Assembly (NCBI GenBank): GCA_027371715.1
Contig: DAHXMM010000020.1
Span: 1-32,000 of the forward strand
Reading direction: 5' to 3'
Source: Elusimicrobiota bacterium
GTDB lineage: Bacteria > Elusimicrobiota > Elusimicrobia > UBA1565 > UBA9628
DNA: 32,000 bases
Within the stretch, counting starts at the first letter, position 1; the number at the start of each line of letters is the position of its first letter. The position numbers and the translations under genes were made by a program. The notes under the pieces were generated by a model. That model was not told where the DNA came from. It saw only the letters and a program-made list of their open reading frames with translations, and did not search any database. This document shows positions 15,019 through 23,703 of the stretch, piece after piece.

Positions 15019-15732
15019 ATGATTATATTCTGGCGCTTATTATTCGGGCATTTACTGGCGGATTTTACGCTCCAAACCAACGCCGTCAATCGTTGGAAAA
15101 GAAAAAATATTTTTGGGATGTTGTTTCATTGCGCCATGCACCCCGTTCTCTATGCGCTTTTGACCTATCCCTATCTCTCCCGTCCTTGGATTGAATGGAA
15201 AAGTTTTAGTTTGAATGGATGGGCCTGCATCCTCATCCTCTTCTTAGTTCATTGGATTGAGGATGAATGGCGGGTTTTTACTATTTTTAAATACCATACG
15301 CCCGACAATACGCTTTACTTTCTTTGGGATCAAGTCATTCACATCGCGCTTATTTTTGCGGTAGCGCCTCTTTTGGCCTTTTCCAACCCTTCCCAAGGGC
15401 TTATCCCCGAGAAATGGCCCGTCTTGGGATGCCTTTTTGTCCTCGCAACCCATTTCAGCGCCATTCTGATTTATTTTATCGAGCAAGACATTTTTGGCAA
15501 GCCTTTTCCAGGAACTTTCAAGAAATACGCGCTCATGGCTGAACGCCTGGGACTGGCCCTCTGTTTTCTCGCGCCCATTCATTTATGCTCCGTTTTAGTC
15601 TTGGCGTGGATTGGAATCATGACTTCACTCCGGTTTAAGAAACAAAATGAGTTTTCCTGGACCAGCTTCTTCATTGGTGCTCCTCTCGCCGGGCTTTGCG
15701 GTTTTCTCTCCAGAATCTTGTATTATCAATAG
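15019..15732 (+). CDS. DUF3307-like inner membrane protein
   Basis: LLFGHLLADFTLQTNAVNRWKRKN...LFHCAMHPVLYALLTYP, typical of DUF3307. Confidence 0.7.
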   Translation: MIIFWRLLFGHLLADFTLQTNAVNRWKRKNIFGMLFHCAMHPVLYALLTYPYLSRPWIEWKSFSLNGWACILILFLVHWIEDEWRVFTIFKYHTPDNTLYFLWDQVIHIALIFAVAPLLAFSNPSQGLIPEKWPVLGCLFVLATHFSAILIYFIEQDIFGKPFPGTFKKYALMAERLGLALCFLAPIHLCSVLVLAWIGIMTSLRFKKQNEFSWTSFFIGAPLAGLCGFLSRILYYQ

Positions 15733-15735
15733 ATA

Positions 15736-15812
15736 GGGACTGTGCCTCTTCTTCATAATTCTTAAGGGCGGCACTGTCCCGACCTTAAGGTTCTAAGGAA
15801 AGGGACAGTCCC
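15736..15812. repeat. Cluster of three copies: GGGACTGTGCC (15736), GGCACTGTCCC (15770), GGGACAGTCCC (15802)
   Basis: Direct reading of the DUF3307-thiolase intergenic region. Confidence 0.8.
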
Positions 15813-15836
15813 TAATTATTTAAAGGAGGCATTTGT

Positions 15837-16982
15837 ATGGAAGAAGTTTTCATTCTCTCGGCCGCAAGAACGCCAATTGGTTCTCTTAACGGTTCTCTTG
15901 CCGCCTACAGCGCGCCGCAATTAGGCGGGAAAATTTTAGCCGAGGCCGTCAAAAGAGCCGGAATTTCCCCTGAAGCTCTAAGCGAAGTCATCATGGGAAA
16001 TGTGTTGTCCGGAGGAGTGGGTCAAGCGCCAGCCAGGCAAGCAATGATGGCGGCCCAATTTCCCATCTCGGTTGGAGCGACTACGGTCAATAAAGTTTGC
16101 GGTTCGGGCCTTAAGGCAGTCATGATGGCTTCTCAATCCATCGCCCTGGGCGAAGAAGACTACGCTGCGGCGGGGGGAATGGAATCCATGTCCCAATCTC
16201 CGTTCATGCTTGAAAAAGCTAGAGGCGGTTATCGCTATGGAAACGGAGTTTTGATTGATTCTATTTTAAAAGACGGTCTCATTGATCCCTATTCCAATTG
16301 GCATATGGGAGAATGCGGAGAGTTATGCGCGGAAACCCACGCCATCAGCCGTGAGATGCAGGACGCCCACGCCGCTGAAAGTTACGCAAGGGCTCTTAAA
16401 GCCCAGCAAAGCGGCGCTTTTACGGAGGAAATTTTCGCCATTGACGGAATCGCCTTGGATGAAGAACCAGGGCGAGGAAAACCGGAAAAAATCGCGCGTC
16501 TTAAACCCGCCTTTAAATCCGGTGGCACCATTACCGCGGCCAACGCTTCAAAACTCAATGACGGCGCCGCAGCTTTGGTTTTATCGAGCGCGAAAGGGGC
16601 CGCCGGAAAAAAACCCTTGGCCCGCATCGCGGGATGGACCACTTTTTCCCAAGAGCCTAAATGGTTTACCACCGCCCCCGCCGGAGCGATTGAAAAACTC
16701 CTTAAGAAAACGGGCTGGGCAAAAGAATCTGTCGATATTTTCGAAGTCAACGAAGCCTTTAGCGTAGTGGCTTTAGCCGTTCAGAAACTGGTAGGTCTTA
16801 ATCCGGAAAAAATCAATGTCAACGGCGGAGCTGTCGCTTTAGGACATCCCTTGGGGGCCAGCGGAGCGCGAATTTTGGTCACCCTCTTACACGCTCTCAA
16901 AGCGCGGCAAGGAAAACGCGGCATTGCGGCCATTTGTCTGGGAGGGGGAGAATCCGTTGCCGTCGCCATTGAAAGAATTTAA
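15837..16982 (+). CDS. Acetyl-CoA acetyltransferase-type thiolase
   Basis: EVFILSAARTPIGS; nucleophile region NKVCGSGLKAVMMASQSI; NEAFSVVALA; NVNGGAVALGHPLGASGARI; CLGGGE. Confidence 0.93.
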   Translation: MEEVFILSAARTPIGSLNGSLAAYSAPQLGGKILAEAVKRAGISPEALSEVIMGNVLSGGVGQAPARQAMMAAQFPISVGATTVNKVCGSGLKAVMMASQSIALGEEDYAAAGGMESMSQSPFMLEKARGGYRYGNGVLIDSILKDGLIDPYSNWHMGECGELCAETHAISREMQDAHAAESYARALKAQQSGAFTEEIFAIDGIALDEEPGRGKPEKIARLKPAFKSGGTITAANASKLNDGAAALVLSSAKGAAGKKPLARIAGWTTFSQEPKWFTTAPAGAIEKLLKKTGWAKESVDIFEVNEAFSVVALAVQKLVGLNPEKINVNGGAVALGHPLGASGARILVTLLHALKARQGKRGIAAICLGGGESVAVAIERI

Positions 16983-18459
16983 GCTCCCCAAAAAACTTTC
17001 TCTTTTTGATTTGAGGCTATTGGACGGCTCCGCTCGGGCCGTCTTAGACTCTTTGAGCGTAAACAAAATCAAAAGATCGCGCGCGATAGTCGAAAAGATT
17101 GCAGCCGGTCAAAAACCGGTCTACGGAATTAATACCGGTTTTGGGAGTCTCGCCTCTCAGAAAATCCCCAAAGAAAACCTACTCGAACTTCAAAAAAATC
17201 TCGTTCTCAGCCATGCCTGCGGGGTGGGGGAAATTTTAAGCGAAAAAGAAGCTCGGGCCATTTTGTTTTTACGGCTTAATGAACTTTCCCGGGGTTACTC
17301 AGGGGTCAGAATGAATCTTGTCGAACACATGATTCGGATTTTTAATTCCCCGGCTTCTCCGTTGATTCCTTCTCAAGGCTCTGTTGGCGCCAGCGGAGAT
17401 TTGGCGCCGCAAGCGCACATGGCGCTTCTTCTTTTGGGAGAGGGAAAGGCTTTTTTAAATGGAAAGCTTATGCCAAGCCGAAAAATTTTGCGCACGATTG
17501 GTCTTTCTCCCATTCAGCTGGAAGCGAAAGAAGGTCTTTCGCTCATTAATGGAACGCAAGCCATGCAAGCGGTTGGAGGGCTGGCCTTATCCTTGGCCTA
17601 TCGAGTTTTTGAGACAGCCCAAAAAACGGCGGCCCTCAGCCTTGAAGCCTTAACGGGAAGCCCGGTTCCCTTTGAAGATAGAATTCAAAGACTTAAACCC
17701 CATCCGGGCCAAATCGAGACCGGGCGAACGCTGACCCAAATTCTTAAAGACAGCCCCTTAAGAGAATCTCATCGCGCCAATGATCCGCGTGTTCAAGACC
17801 CTTATAGCCTTCGTTGTCTTCCGCAGGTTCACGGCGCGGTTTTAGACGCGCTTGAATTCGCCAGAAAAACCGTCGAGCGCGAAATGGCGAGCGTGACGGA
17901 CAACCCCCTGGTTTTTCCCGATGGAGAAATTATCTCAGCCGGCAATTTTCATGGTCAAGCTTTAAGCCTTGCCTTTGACTTTGCCAGTTTGGCGCTGACT
18001 TCGCTTGGAAACATGTCCGAGCGAAGAATCTTTCAACTCATTTTAGGTCAGGCCCCGCGTTTAAAACCCTTCTTAGCTCAAAGACCTGGACTTGAGTCCG
18101 GTTGGATGATCGCCCAAGTCGCGGCGGCGGCCTTGGCTTCCGAAAATAAGACTCTCGCTCATCCCTCTTCTTCAGACTCCATTCCCACTTCAGCCAATCA
18201 GGAAGATTTTGTCAGCATGGGGATGAACGCGGCTCTTAAACTTAAGCGCGTCGTTCAAAACGTTTCCCGCATTGTCGCCATTGAAATGCTCTGCGCGGCC
18301 TGCGCCGTTGAGTCTCACAAGCCCCTCAAGCCCGGAAAAGGAGTTCGCGATTTACTCAAGCGGCTCAACGCTCAATTAGACACCATGCCCAAAGAGCGCT
18401 CTTTATCCCCTGAAATCGAAAAAGCCCATCTTTTAATTTTAGATGGATATTTTGATTGA
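16924..18459 (+). CDS. hutH: Histidine ammonia-lyase
   Basis: YGINTGFGSLASQKI; NLVLSHACGVGE; MIO triad in GSVGASGDLAPQAHMALLLLGEG; SENKTLAHPSSSDSIPTSANQEDFVSMG. Start uncertain (overlaps thiolase by 59 bp in the track). Confidence 0.92.
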   Translation: MRPFVWEGENPLPSPLKEFKLPKKLSLFDLRLLDGSARAVLDSLSVNKIKRSRAIVEKIAAGQKPVYGINTGFGSLASQKIPKENLLELQKNLVLSHACGVGEILSEKEARAILFLRLNELSRGYSGVRMNLVEHMIRIFNSPASPLIPSQGSVGASGDLAPQAHMALLLLGEGKAFLNGKLMPSRKILRTIGLSPIQLEAKEGLSLINGTQAMQAVGGLALSLAYRVFETAQKTAALSLEALTGSPVPFEDRIQRLKPHPGQIETGRTLTQILKDSPLRESHRANDPRVQDPYSLRCLPQVHGAVLDALEFARKTVEREMASVTDNPLVFPDGEIISAGNFHGQALSLAFDFASLALTSLGNMSERRIFQLILGQAPRLKPFLAQRPGLESGWMIAQVAAAALASENKTLAHPSSSDSIPTSANQEDFVSMGMNAALKLKRVVQNVSRIVAIEMLCAACAVESHKPLKPGKGVRDLLKRLNAQLDTMPKERSLSPEIEKAHLLILDGYFD

Positions 18460-18490
18460 CAAAGCCCTTAAACTTCTCTAAGATAAAACC

Positions 18491-19165
18491 ATGAATGCCT
18501 ATACCAGCTTGATTCTCGATCCATTAAGCGACGCGCTGACACGTTTTGCGTCGCATCTGCCGCAACTCGCGGCGGCGATTGTGTTATTGATTATTGGGAT
18601 GTTCGTGGCCAGAGCCTTGCGCACAGTGGTTGACAAGCTCTTTGAGCGCGCCCATCTGGATGAATATACCAGCCGAATCGGCCTCAACGAGGTCTTTTCG
18701 CATCTGGGCTTTGGAAAATCCCCCACCTACGTGGCCTCGTTTCTGATCTATTGGTTTGTTTTGTTTATCTTCATTATTTCTGCGGCCAATGCGGTCAATA
18801 TGACGGTGGTGTCAAGTCTCCTTGAAAAATTCGCGCTTTTTCTGCCGACCCTTGTGGCCGCGATTCTGATTCTGTTTGGCGGTCTTTTTTTCGCGCGTTT
18901 TCTCTCAACTGTCGTCGAGAACGCAGCGAAATCAAATGGAATTTCAGGAAGCGCGTTTATTGCTGAAATTACCTATACCTTTGTTCTTATTTTCACGGCA
19001 ATGACCGCCCTCCAACAGTTGGGGTTTAAAATGGAACTCTTAACGGTCGCAATTGAAATTCTTTTGGCCTCAATAGGCCTGGCAGCGGCAATCGCTTTCG
19101 GATTAGGCGGGAAAGACGCGGCAGCAGAATTAATCCGCGATTTCGTCAAAAAATCAAAAGGTTAA
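18491..19165 (+). CDS. MscS-like/TM-helix-repeat membrane protein (apparently lacks the cytoplasmic vestibule domain)
   Basis: LPQLAAAIVLLIIGMFVARALRTVVDKLFER and LPTLVAAILILFGGLFFARFLSTVVENAAK repeats; ends ...AAAIAFGLGGKDAAAELIRDFVKKSKG. Confidence 0.8.
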   Translation: MNAYTSLILDPLSDALTRFASHLPQLAAAIVLLIIGMFVARALRTVVDKLFERAHLDEYTSRIGLNEVFSHLGFGKSPTYVASFLIYWFVLFIFIISAANAVNMTVVSSLLEKFALFLPTLVAAILILFGGLFFARFLSTVVENAAKSNGISGSAFIAEITYTFVLIFTAMTALQQLGFKMELLTVAIEILLASIGLAAAIAFGLGGKDAAAELIRDFVKKSKG

Positions 19166-19170
19166 AAAAT

Positions 19171-19242
19171 TGGGCCGTAGAGGATTTGAACCTCTGACAT
19201 CTGTCGTGTGAGGACAGCGCTCTACCGCTGAGCTAACGGCCC
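19171..19242 (-). tRNA. tRNA-Val (anticodon CAC), no encoded CCA
   Basis: Reverse complement folds as GGGCCGT TA GCTC AGCGGTA GAGC G CTGTC CTCACAC GACAG ATGTC AGAGG TTCAAAT CCTCT ACGGCCC A; 7-bp acceptor, anticodon loop CT-CAC-AC. Confidence 0.95.
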
Positions 19243-19268
19243 GACTTTTTGATTTTACAAAATAATTA

Positions 19269-19279
19269 GGGACTGTCCC
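19269..19279. repeat. GGGACTGTCCC between tRNA-Val and FAH gene
   Basis: TTAGGGACTGTCCCTAA 19266-19282, perfect palindrome around a single central T. Confidence 0.9.
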
Positions 19280-19290
19280 TAACTCTGATC

Positions 19291-20328
19291 ATGAAGCTGT
19301 TAAGTTTTGAGATTTCAACGCCGCTAGGACCCAAAGAACGCCTCGGCGTTTTATCCGGCGCTCATGTTATCGACATCAGCCTCGCCACAAGACTTCGATT
19401 CGAAGCGGAAGGAAAATCTAATCCTGAAAGACTTGCCGAGGTCTTTGCTCCGCCGGAAATAATCGCTTTTTTAGATATGGGAAACGAGTCTTTTTCGGCC
19501 GCGCGGGAGACCCTCGATTTTTTATCTAAAAACTTTCCCCAAAAAACGCCTCTTGGAAGTCGTGGGGAAAAAATTGACTACTTGGAAGAAGAAATTCGCT
19601 ATCTTCCGCCCATCCCTCACCCTGGAGCTTTGAGAGATTTCTTCGCCTTTGAGGATCACGCTCTTAAGGCTTCTGAACGCCGGAACGAGCCCTTAAGCGA
19701 GGCCTGGTATAACCAACCGATTTATTACAAAGGAAATCACCGCGAAATTTATGGGCATAAAGCAGTTATCCCCTGGCCCAGTTATACCCGGCGTTTTGAT
19801 TTTGAACTTGAAATCGCCTGCGTTATTAAAAAAAAGGGGCGCAATATTCCGGTTGAAAAAGCAGGCGAATATATCGCCGGATATTCAATATTAAATGATT
19901 TCTCCGCCCGCGACATTCAAAAAAACGAGATGGTTTGCCGCATGGGCCCCGCCAAAGGAAAAGATTTCGCGACTGGCCTTGGGCCTTATCTGGCGACGCC
20001 CGATGAAATCAAAGACCCAAATAATCTCGCGATGTCTGTTTCCATCAACGGCGAAAAATGGAGCGCGGGAAATTCCGGCGGAAGGTACTGGAGTTTTGAG
20101 ACCATGATTTCTCATATCTCCCAAGAAGAAACAATTTATCCCGGAGATATTCTGGGATCAGGAACCTATTACCGCGGTTGCGGACTTGATTTGGACCGCT
20201 GGGTTAAGCCGGGAGACTTGATCGAACTTGAAGTCGAAGGTCTGGGAAAACTCATTAATAAGGTCGGAACATCCAAAGAACAAAGACAGCTTAAATACCC
20301 GAGAAAAGCAAATGTCCTTGATCGTTAA
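19291..20328 (+). CDS. Fumarylacetoacetate hydrolase (FAH) family protein
   Basis: RDFFAFEDHALKA...WYNQPIYYKGNHREIYGH...FDFELEIACVI...YIAGYSILNDFSARDIQ...GKDFATGLGPYLATPDE...PGDILGSGT. Confidence 0.88.
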   Translation: MKLLSFEISTPLGPKERLGVLSGAHVIDISLATRLRFEAEGKSNPERLAEVFAPPEIIAFLDMGNESFSAARETLDFLSKNFPQKTPLGSRGEKIDYLEEEIRYLPPIPHPGALRDFFAFEDHALKASERRNEPLSEAWYNQPIYYKGNHREIYGHKAVIPWPSYTRRFDFELEIACVIKKKGRNIPVEKAGEYIAGYSILNDFSARDIQKNEMVCRMGPAKGKDFATGLGPYLATPDEIKDPNNLAMSVSINGEKWSAGNSGGRYWSFETMISHISQEETIYPGDILGSGTYYRGCGLDLDRWVKPGDLIELEVEGLGKLINKVGTSKEQRQLKYPRKANVLDR

Positions 20329-21529
20329 GCGCGGAGACGTCCCTAAAACCCCACACACTGAATTTTACGGGCGAAAAAATATTCTGTCTTTGGAAGAAAT
20401 CCACGGCACCTACGGTTTTTCCGGAGCTTTCTCCCGGAAGATGCACTTGCGTCGCTACCCGACGATTCAAATAGAAAGCCCTAAACTCCTGCCATTAAAC
20501 CTCAGTAGTCCCGTTCTTAAGGACGCGCCGCTCAGCCCCTATCATCTTTTGACCGGAAAAATACCCTCTCAAGGGGTTTTCGAGCGTTCAAGGCATTGTC
20601 TTCTCAAAGGTCCAAGCGCCGTGATTTCAGTTTCCAAACCAACGAATTCTTCTCCTGAAAATGATTTTTTTCGAAACGCGGAAAGGCACGAATGTCTTTT
20701 CGTACAAGAAGGAAACGGAATTTTGGCCAGCGAATACGGCGAGCTCAAATTTCAAGAAAAAAAATATCTCGTCATTCCCAAGGGAACGACCTATCAATTC
20801 CGCCTTTCAAGTAAACGCGCCTTCTTTCTAATCATTGAATCTCTCTACCCTATTCGCTTTGCCCCGCATTACCTTAACTCCGAGGGACAAGCCACTTTGA
20901 TGTCTCCGGTCATTGAGACTGAAATTGGCATTCCCCAGCTCAAAGAGCCTCTGGACATCTCGGGGAAGTTTAACATCCTCTCTAAACATGACGACGGGAA
21001 AATGACAAAGATTGTCTTGGGGCATCACCCCTTTGATCTCATCGGCTGGGAAGGCGCGCTTTACCCCTTTACCTTTGACTCATCCGATCATCATTCCATC
21101 GCGCGCGAAATTCACACCGCCCCGCCGGTTCGGCAAACCTTTCAAGCGGGAAACGCGCCCCATAGCGGATTTTCAATCTGCACTTTCCGCGCTCAAATCG
21201 AGGGATGGAACCCCAAGGACGTGCCCGCGCCCTATGCGCATTATAATGTTGACTCCGATGAAATGATGTTCTTTTCAAACACAAGCTACGGGGCCCGGAA
21301 AGGAATCGTTGAACCCGGTTCCATCACCTTTCATCCCTCGGGTCTTCCGCATAGCCCGCATGGAGACGCCGCAAAAAAGTCCTTTAAATCTCGCGGCACA
21401 CTGTCGGATTATCTAGCCGTCATGTTGGATACATTTTTTGAATCTCTTCAGCCCACAAAAGAAGCCCTTAAATATTGCGACTCCCAATATCCGCTGAGTT
21501 GGGCCAAAGCGGAAGGGGACTGTCCCTAA
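20312..21529 (+). CDS. hmgA: Homogentisate 1,2-dioxygenase-like protein
   Basis: PHTEFYGRKNILSLEEIHGTYGFSGAFSRKMHLRRYPT; HYNVDSDEMMFFSNTSYGARKGIVEPGSITFHPSGLPHSPHGD. ATG 20312 (MSLIVKRGDVPKTPHTEFYG) preferred over 20228, which lies in the FAH gene. Confidence 0.85.
   Translation: MSLIVKRGDVPKTPHTEFYGRKNILSLEEIHGTYGFSGAFSRKMHLRRYPTIQIESPKLLPLNLSSPVLKDAPLSPYHLLTGKIPSQGVFERSRHCLLKGPSAVISVSKPTNSSPENDFFRNAERHECLFVQEGNGILASEYGELKFQEKKYLVIPKGTTYQFRLSSKRAFFLIIESLYPIRFAPHYLNSEGQATLMSPVIETEIGIPQLKEPLDISGKFNILSKHDDGKMTKIVLGHHPFDLIGWEGALYPFTFDSSDHHSIAREIHTAPPVRQTFQAGNAPHSGFSICTFRAQIEGWNPKDVPAPYAHYNVDSDEMMFFSNTSYGARKGIVEPGSITFHPSGLPHSPHGDAAKKSFKSRGTLSDYLAVMLDTFFESLQPTKEALKYCDSQYPLSWAKAEGDCP
21516..21526. 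repeat. GGGACTGTCCC at the hmgA 3' end
   Basis: gcg gaa gGG GAC TGT CCC TAA; the repeat supplies the last codons and leads into the stop. Confidence 0.9.
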
Positions 21530-21533
21530 CTCC

Positions 21534-22142
21534 ATGCCCTCCATAGATATCGAAACACTCAACGTCCGGGAACGGTATCATCTTTTGGTTGCAACCGTTA
21601 TTCCGCGCCCCATCGCGTGGGTTTCAAGCATGAACAAAGCGGGTCAAACCAATCTCGCGCCCTTTAGCTTCTTTAACGCCGTCGCGGCCAACCCCATGAG
21701 CGTTTGCTTTGCTCCCGTCAATGATCGAAACGGAAAGCCCAAGGACACTCTTCTCAATATCAAGGAAACCGGCCAATTCGTCGTCAATATCGCCAACGAA
21801 GACAATGCGGAAAAAATGAACGCAACTTCTGAAACCTATCCTTACGGGGTCAGCGAGTTTGAGAAAGCGGGGCTGACCCCGATTCCATCTCTAAAAATTA
21901 AACCGCCCCGCGTGAAAGAATCCCCCGTTCAAATGGAATGCGAATTGCTTCAAATTGTGACTTTAAGCGAAGGCCCCTTGGGTGGAAATCTTGTCATCGG
22001 CCAAGTTGTCATGTTTCACGTCGATGAAAAAATATGGAATAATGGGGATATTCGACATCAGGATTTAAAGGCCGTCGGACGTATGGCGGGAAACTGGTAT
22101 GCGAAAACAAAAGACGCCTTTGAGCTCATTCGGCCTAAATAA
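21534..22142 (+). CDS. Flavin reductase-like FMN-binding protein
   Basis: LLVATVIPRPIAWVSSMNKAGQTNLAPFSFFNAVAANPMSVCFAP...KDTLLNIKETGQFVVNIAN. Confidence 0.9.
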   Translation: MPSIDIETLNVRERYHLLVATVIPRPIAWVSSMNKAGQTNLAPFSFFNAVAANPMSVCFAPVNDRNGKPKDTLLNIKETGQFVVNIANEDNAEKMNATSETYPYGVSEFEKAGLTPIPSLKIKPPRVKESPVQMECELLQIVTLSEGPLGGNLVIGQVVMFHVDEKIWNNGDIRHQDLKAVGRMAGNWYAKTKDAFELIRPK

Positions 22143-22157
22143 AGAGAGGGCATTGCT

Positions 22158-22907
22158 ATGAAAAAACCGTTCATGAACTTTGTCGTTGACCACATGACTT
22201 TTCTCGTCGAACCGCGTTTTTATCCCGTCACATACGCTCTTTTTAGAATTATCTTTGGTCTTGGGGATGAAGACATCATCTACAATAAACGCCGAAAATG
22301 GCCTGGCGAGAACCAGGAAAAATCAATGACCTTTGCCGCCCGGCTTGGACGTTATGAGGGAAAGCCAGGACTCGATCAATCCATCATAGCTGTCGTTCAG
22401 CCCTCCGAACCCGAATCCCAGCCGTCTCACGTCCGGGAAATGCTTAAAAACCGAGGAGGATCCGCTCATTGGCAGCATATTGCTCTGAGAACGCCGGATT
22501 TAATGGCCTTTCACAAATACGCGCTTGAGCGCGGGGTCAATTTCATTACGCCTATTCTCAAAGACGCGGAAGAAGATTTAATTCAGGTCTTTAGCGGCGA
22601 GTGGAAGCTCCCCGGAATGCCGTCCAGCGGAATCTTTTTTGAGTTTGTCCAGAGAAACCCCTCCGCCGAACTCCTTGAGAAAATTACATCCAACCGCGAG
22701 GCTTTCTTTCGGGATAAAACTTTCTTGGGCCTTTACCAAGAAAAGGAAGCTGAATATCAAAGCAAAAAAGTTCGCCCTTTTATCGATGACGATCTTTTCT
22801 TTCAAATGGAAAAATCCTTGGCGGGGAAACCTATTTGGGAATTGACAGCTCAAGATTTGCGCCTCGTGGAAGAAAAAATGAAAAACTATGCCCATTCAGC
22901 GGTTTGA
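22158..22907 (+). CDS. Short 4-hydroxyphenylpyruvate dioxygenase-like VOC protein
   Basis: FVVDHMTFLV; HWQHIALRTPDLMAFHKYALERGVNFI; GIFFEFVQR. Candidate metal ligands H, H, E. Confidence 0.65.
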   Translation: MKKPFMNFVVDHMTFLVEPRFYPVTYALFRIIFGLGDEDIIYNKRRKWPGENQEKSMTFAARLGRYEGKPGLDQSIIAVVQPSEPESQPSHVREMLKNRGGSAHWQHIALRTPDLMAFHKYALERGVNFITPILKDAEEDLIQVFSGEWKLPGMPSSGIFFEFVQRNPSAELLEKITSNREAFFRDKTFLGLYQEKEAEYQSKKVRPFIDDDLFFQMEKSLAGKPIWELTAQDLRLVEEKMKNYAHSAV

Positions 22908-22909
22908 TA

Positions 22910-22920
22910 GGGACTGTCTA
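22910..22920. repeat. Degenerate/deleted copy GGGACTGTC-TAACTC between convergent genes
   Basis: tgataGGGACTGTCTAACTCtgg; retains the CTAACTC flank seen at four other copies. Confidence 0.7.
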
Positions 22921-23703
22921 ACTCTGGGGAGGGGGATAAGGTAGTCCGCGCACGGAAAACTCGGCGCTGACATCGCCCAAAATAGCGTTTTCGCCAAAAG
23001 CCGCCATCTCAAGCCTGGCCGAATTAAGCGTTTTCTTCCCACGGCGGATATTGAGGTGAGAGATAAAAACCTTTCCAGAACTCGCGAAATTTTCGCTAAA
23101 GCCAATTTTTTGATCTTCTAATTGATGAGAATTTAAAAACTTTTCCTTTTGACTTCGGTCTAAGATTGAAACAATGACCGGCTGAACCTTAGTCAAACGA
23201 GTTTTCGAAATAAAAAATCTTAACTCCAAATGTTTGCGCAAATCTTTCAAGGATTTAGGAAATAGAGAAACAATAAATTCTCCATTCGAGGAATTTCCGT
23301 AAAATGCGGAAAAGACTTTGGCGGAAGACTCCTCGCCCTTTAAGGCTTTTTTAAGCGTCACTTTTTTAGTCTTTTTGTTTTTAATTTTCTCAACTACATT
23401 TTGAATCTGGCGCACAAAGAAGGCGGATTTAAAGTTTTTCTTTTTCTCTTTAAAAACTTGAATGGGCTTCCAATGGACCGAATCCTTAGGAATGAAAACC
23501 TCTACGGATGCCTTATATTTTTTCTTTTTTTTCTTTAAACTTCCTTTTTTATTTTCTTTCTTAGGACGTTTAAGGGCCAATTTGTGATTAGATTTTGATT
23601 TTTTCGTTGAGGTGCTTGTGGCGACGTTTTGAGCCGGCAAAACAGTAGGAAATGCCGCCCCTAAAAAAAACCACGCCATTAAAATCGAAAAAAATTTTTT
23701 CAA
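22918..23703 (-). CDS. Hypothetical exported Lys-rich protein
   Basis: Signal peptide MKKFFSILMAWFFLGAAFPTVLPAQ followed by a highly basic segment KRPKKENKKGSLKKKKKKYK; 4-bp overlap with valS. Confidence 0.7.
   Translation of the reverse strand: MKKFFSILMAWFFLGAAFPTVLPAQNVATSTSTKKSKSNHKLALKRPKKENKKGSLKKKKKKYKASVEVFIPKDSVHWKPIQVFKEKKKNFKSAFFVRQIQNVVEKIKNKKTKKVTLKKALKGEESSAKVFSAFYGNSSNGEFIVSLFPKSLKDLRKHLELRFFISKTRLTKVQPVIVSILDRSQKEKFLNSHQLEDQKIGFSENFASSGKVFISHLNIRRGKKTLNSARLEMAAFGENAILGDVSAEFSVRGLPYPPPQS

Noticed and set aside
16282-16767. + strand ORF of 161 aa overlapping thiolase in another frame
   Set aside because: Proline/arginine-rich out-of-frame translation of a clearly real thiolase gene.
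19171-19242. tRNA-Val as an integration site for a genomic island
   Set aside because: No integrase and no duplicated tRNA 3' end were found in the window.
20330-20343. gcggagacgtccctaaaa near the hmgA start as another repeat copy (RGDVPK)
   Set aside because: Left arm does not match and homologous HmgA proteins have a similar GxxP near their N-terminus, so ordinary coding sequence explains it.
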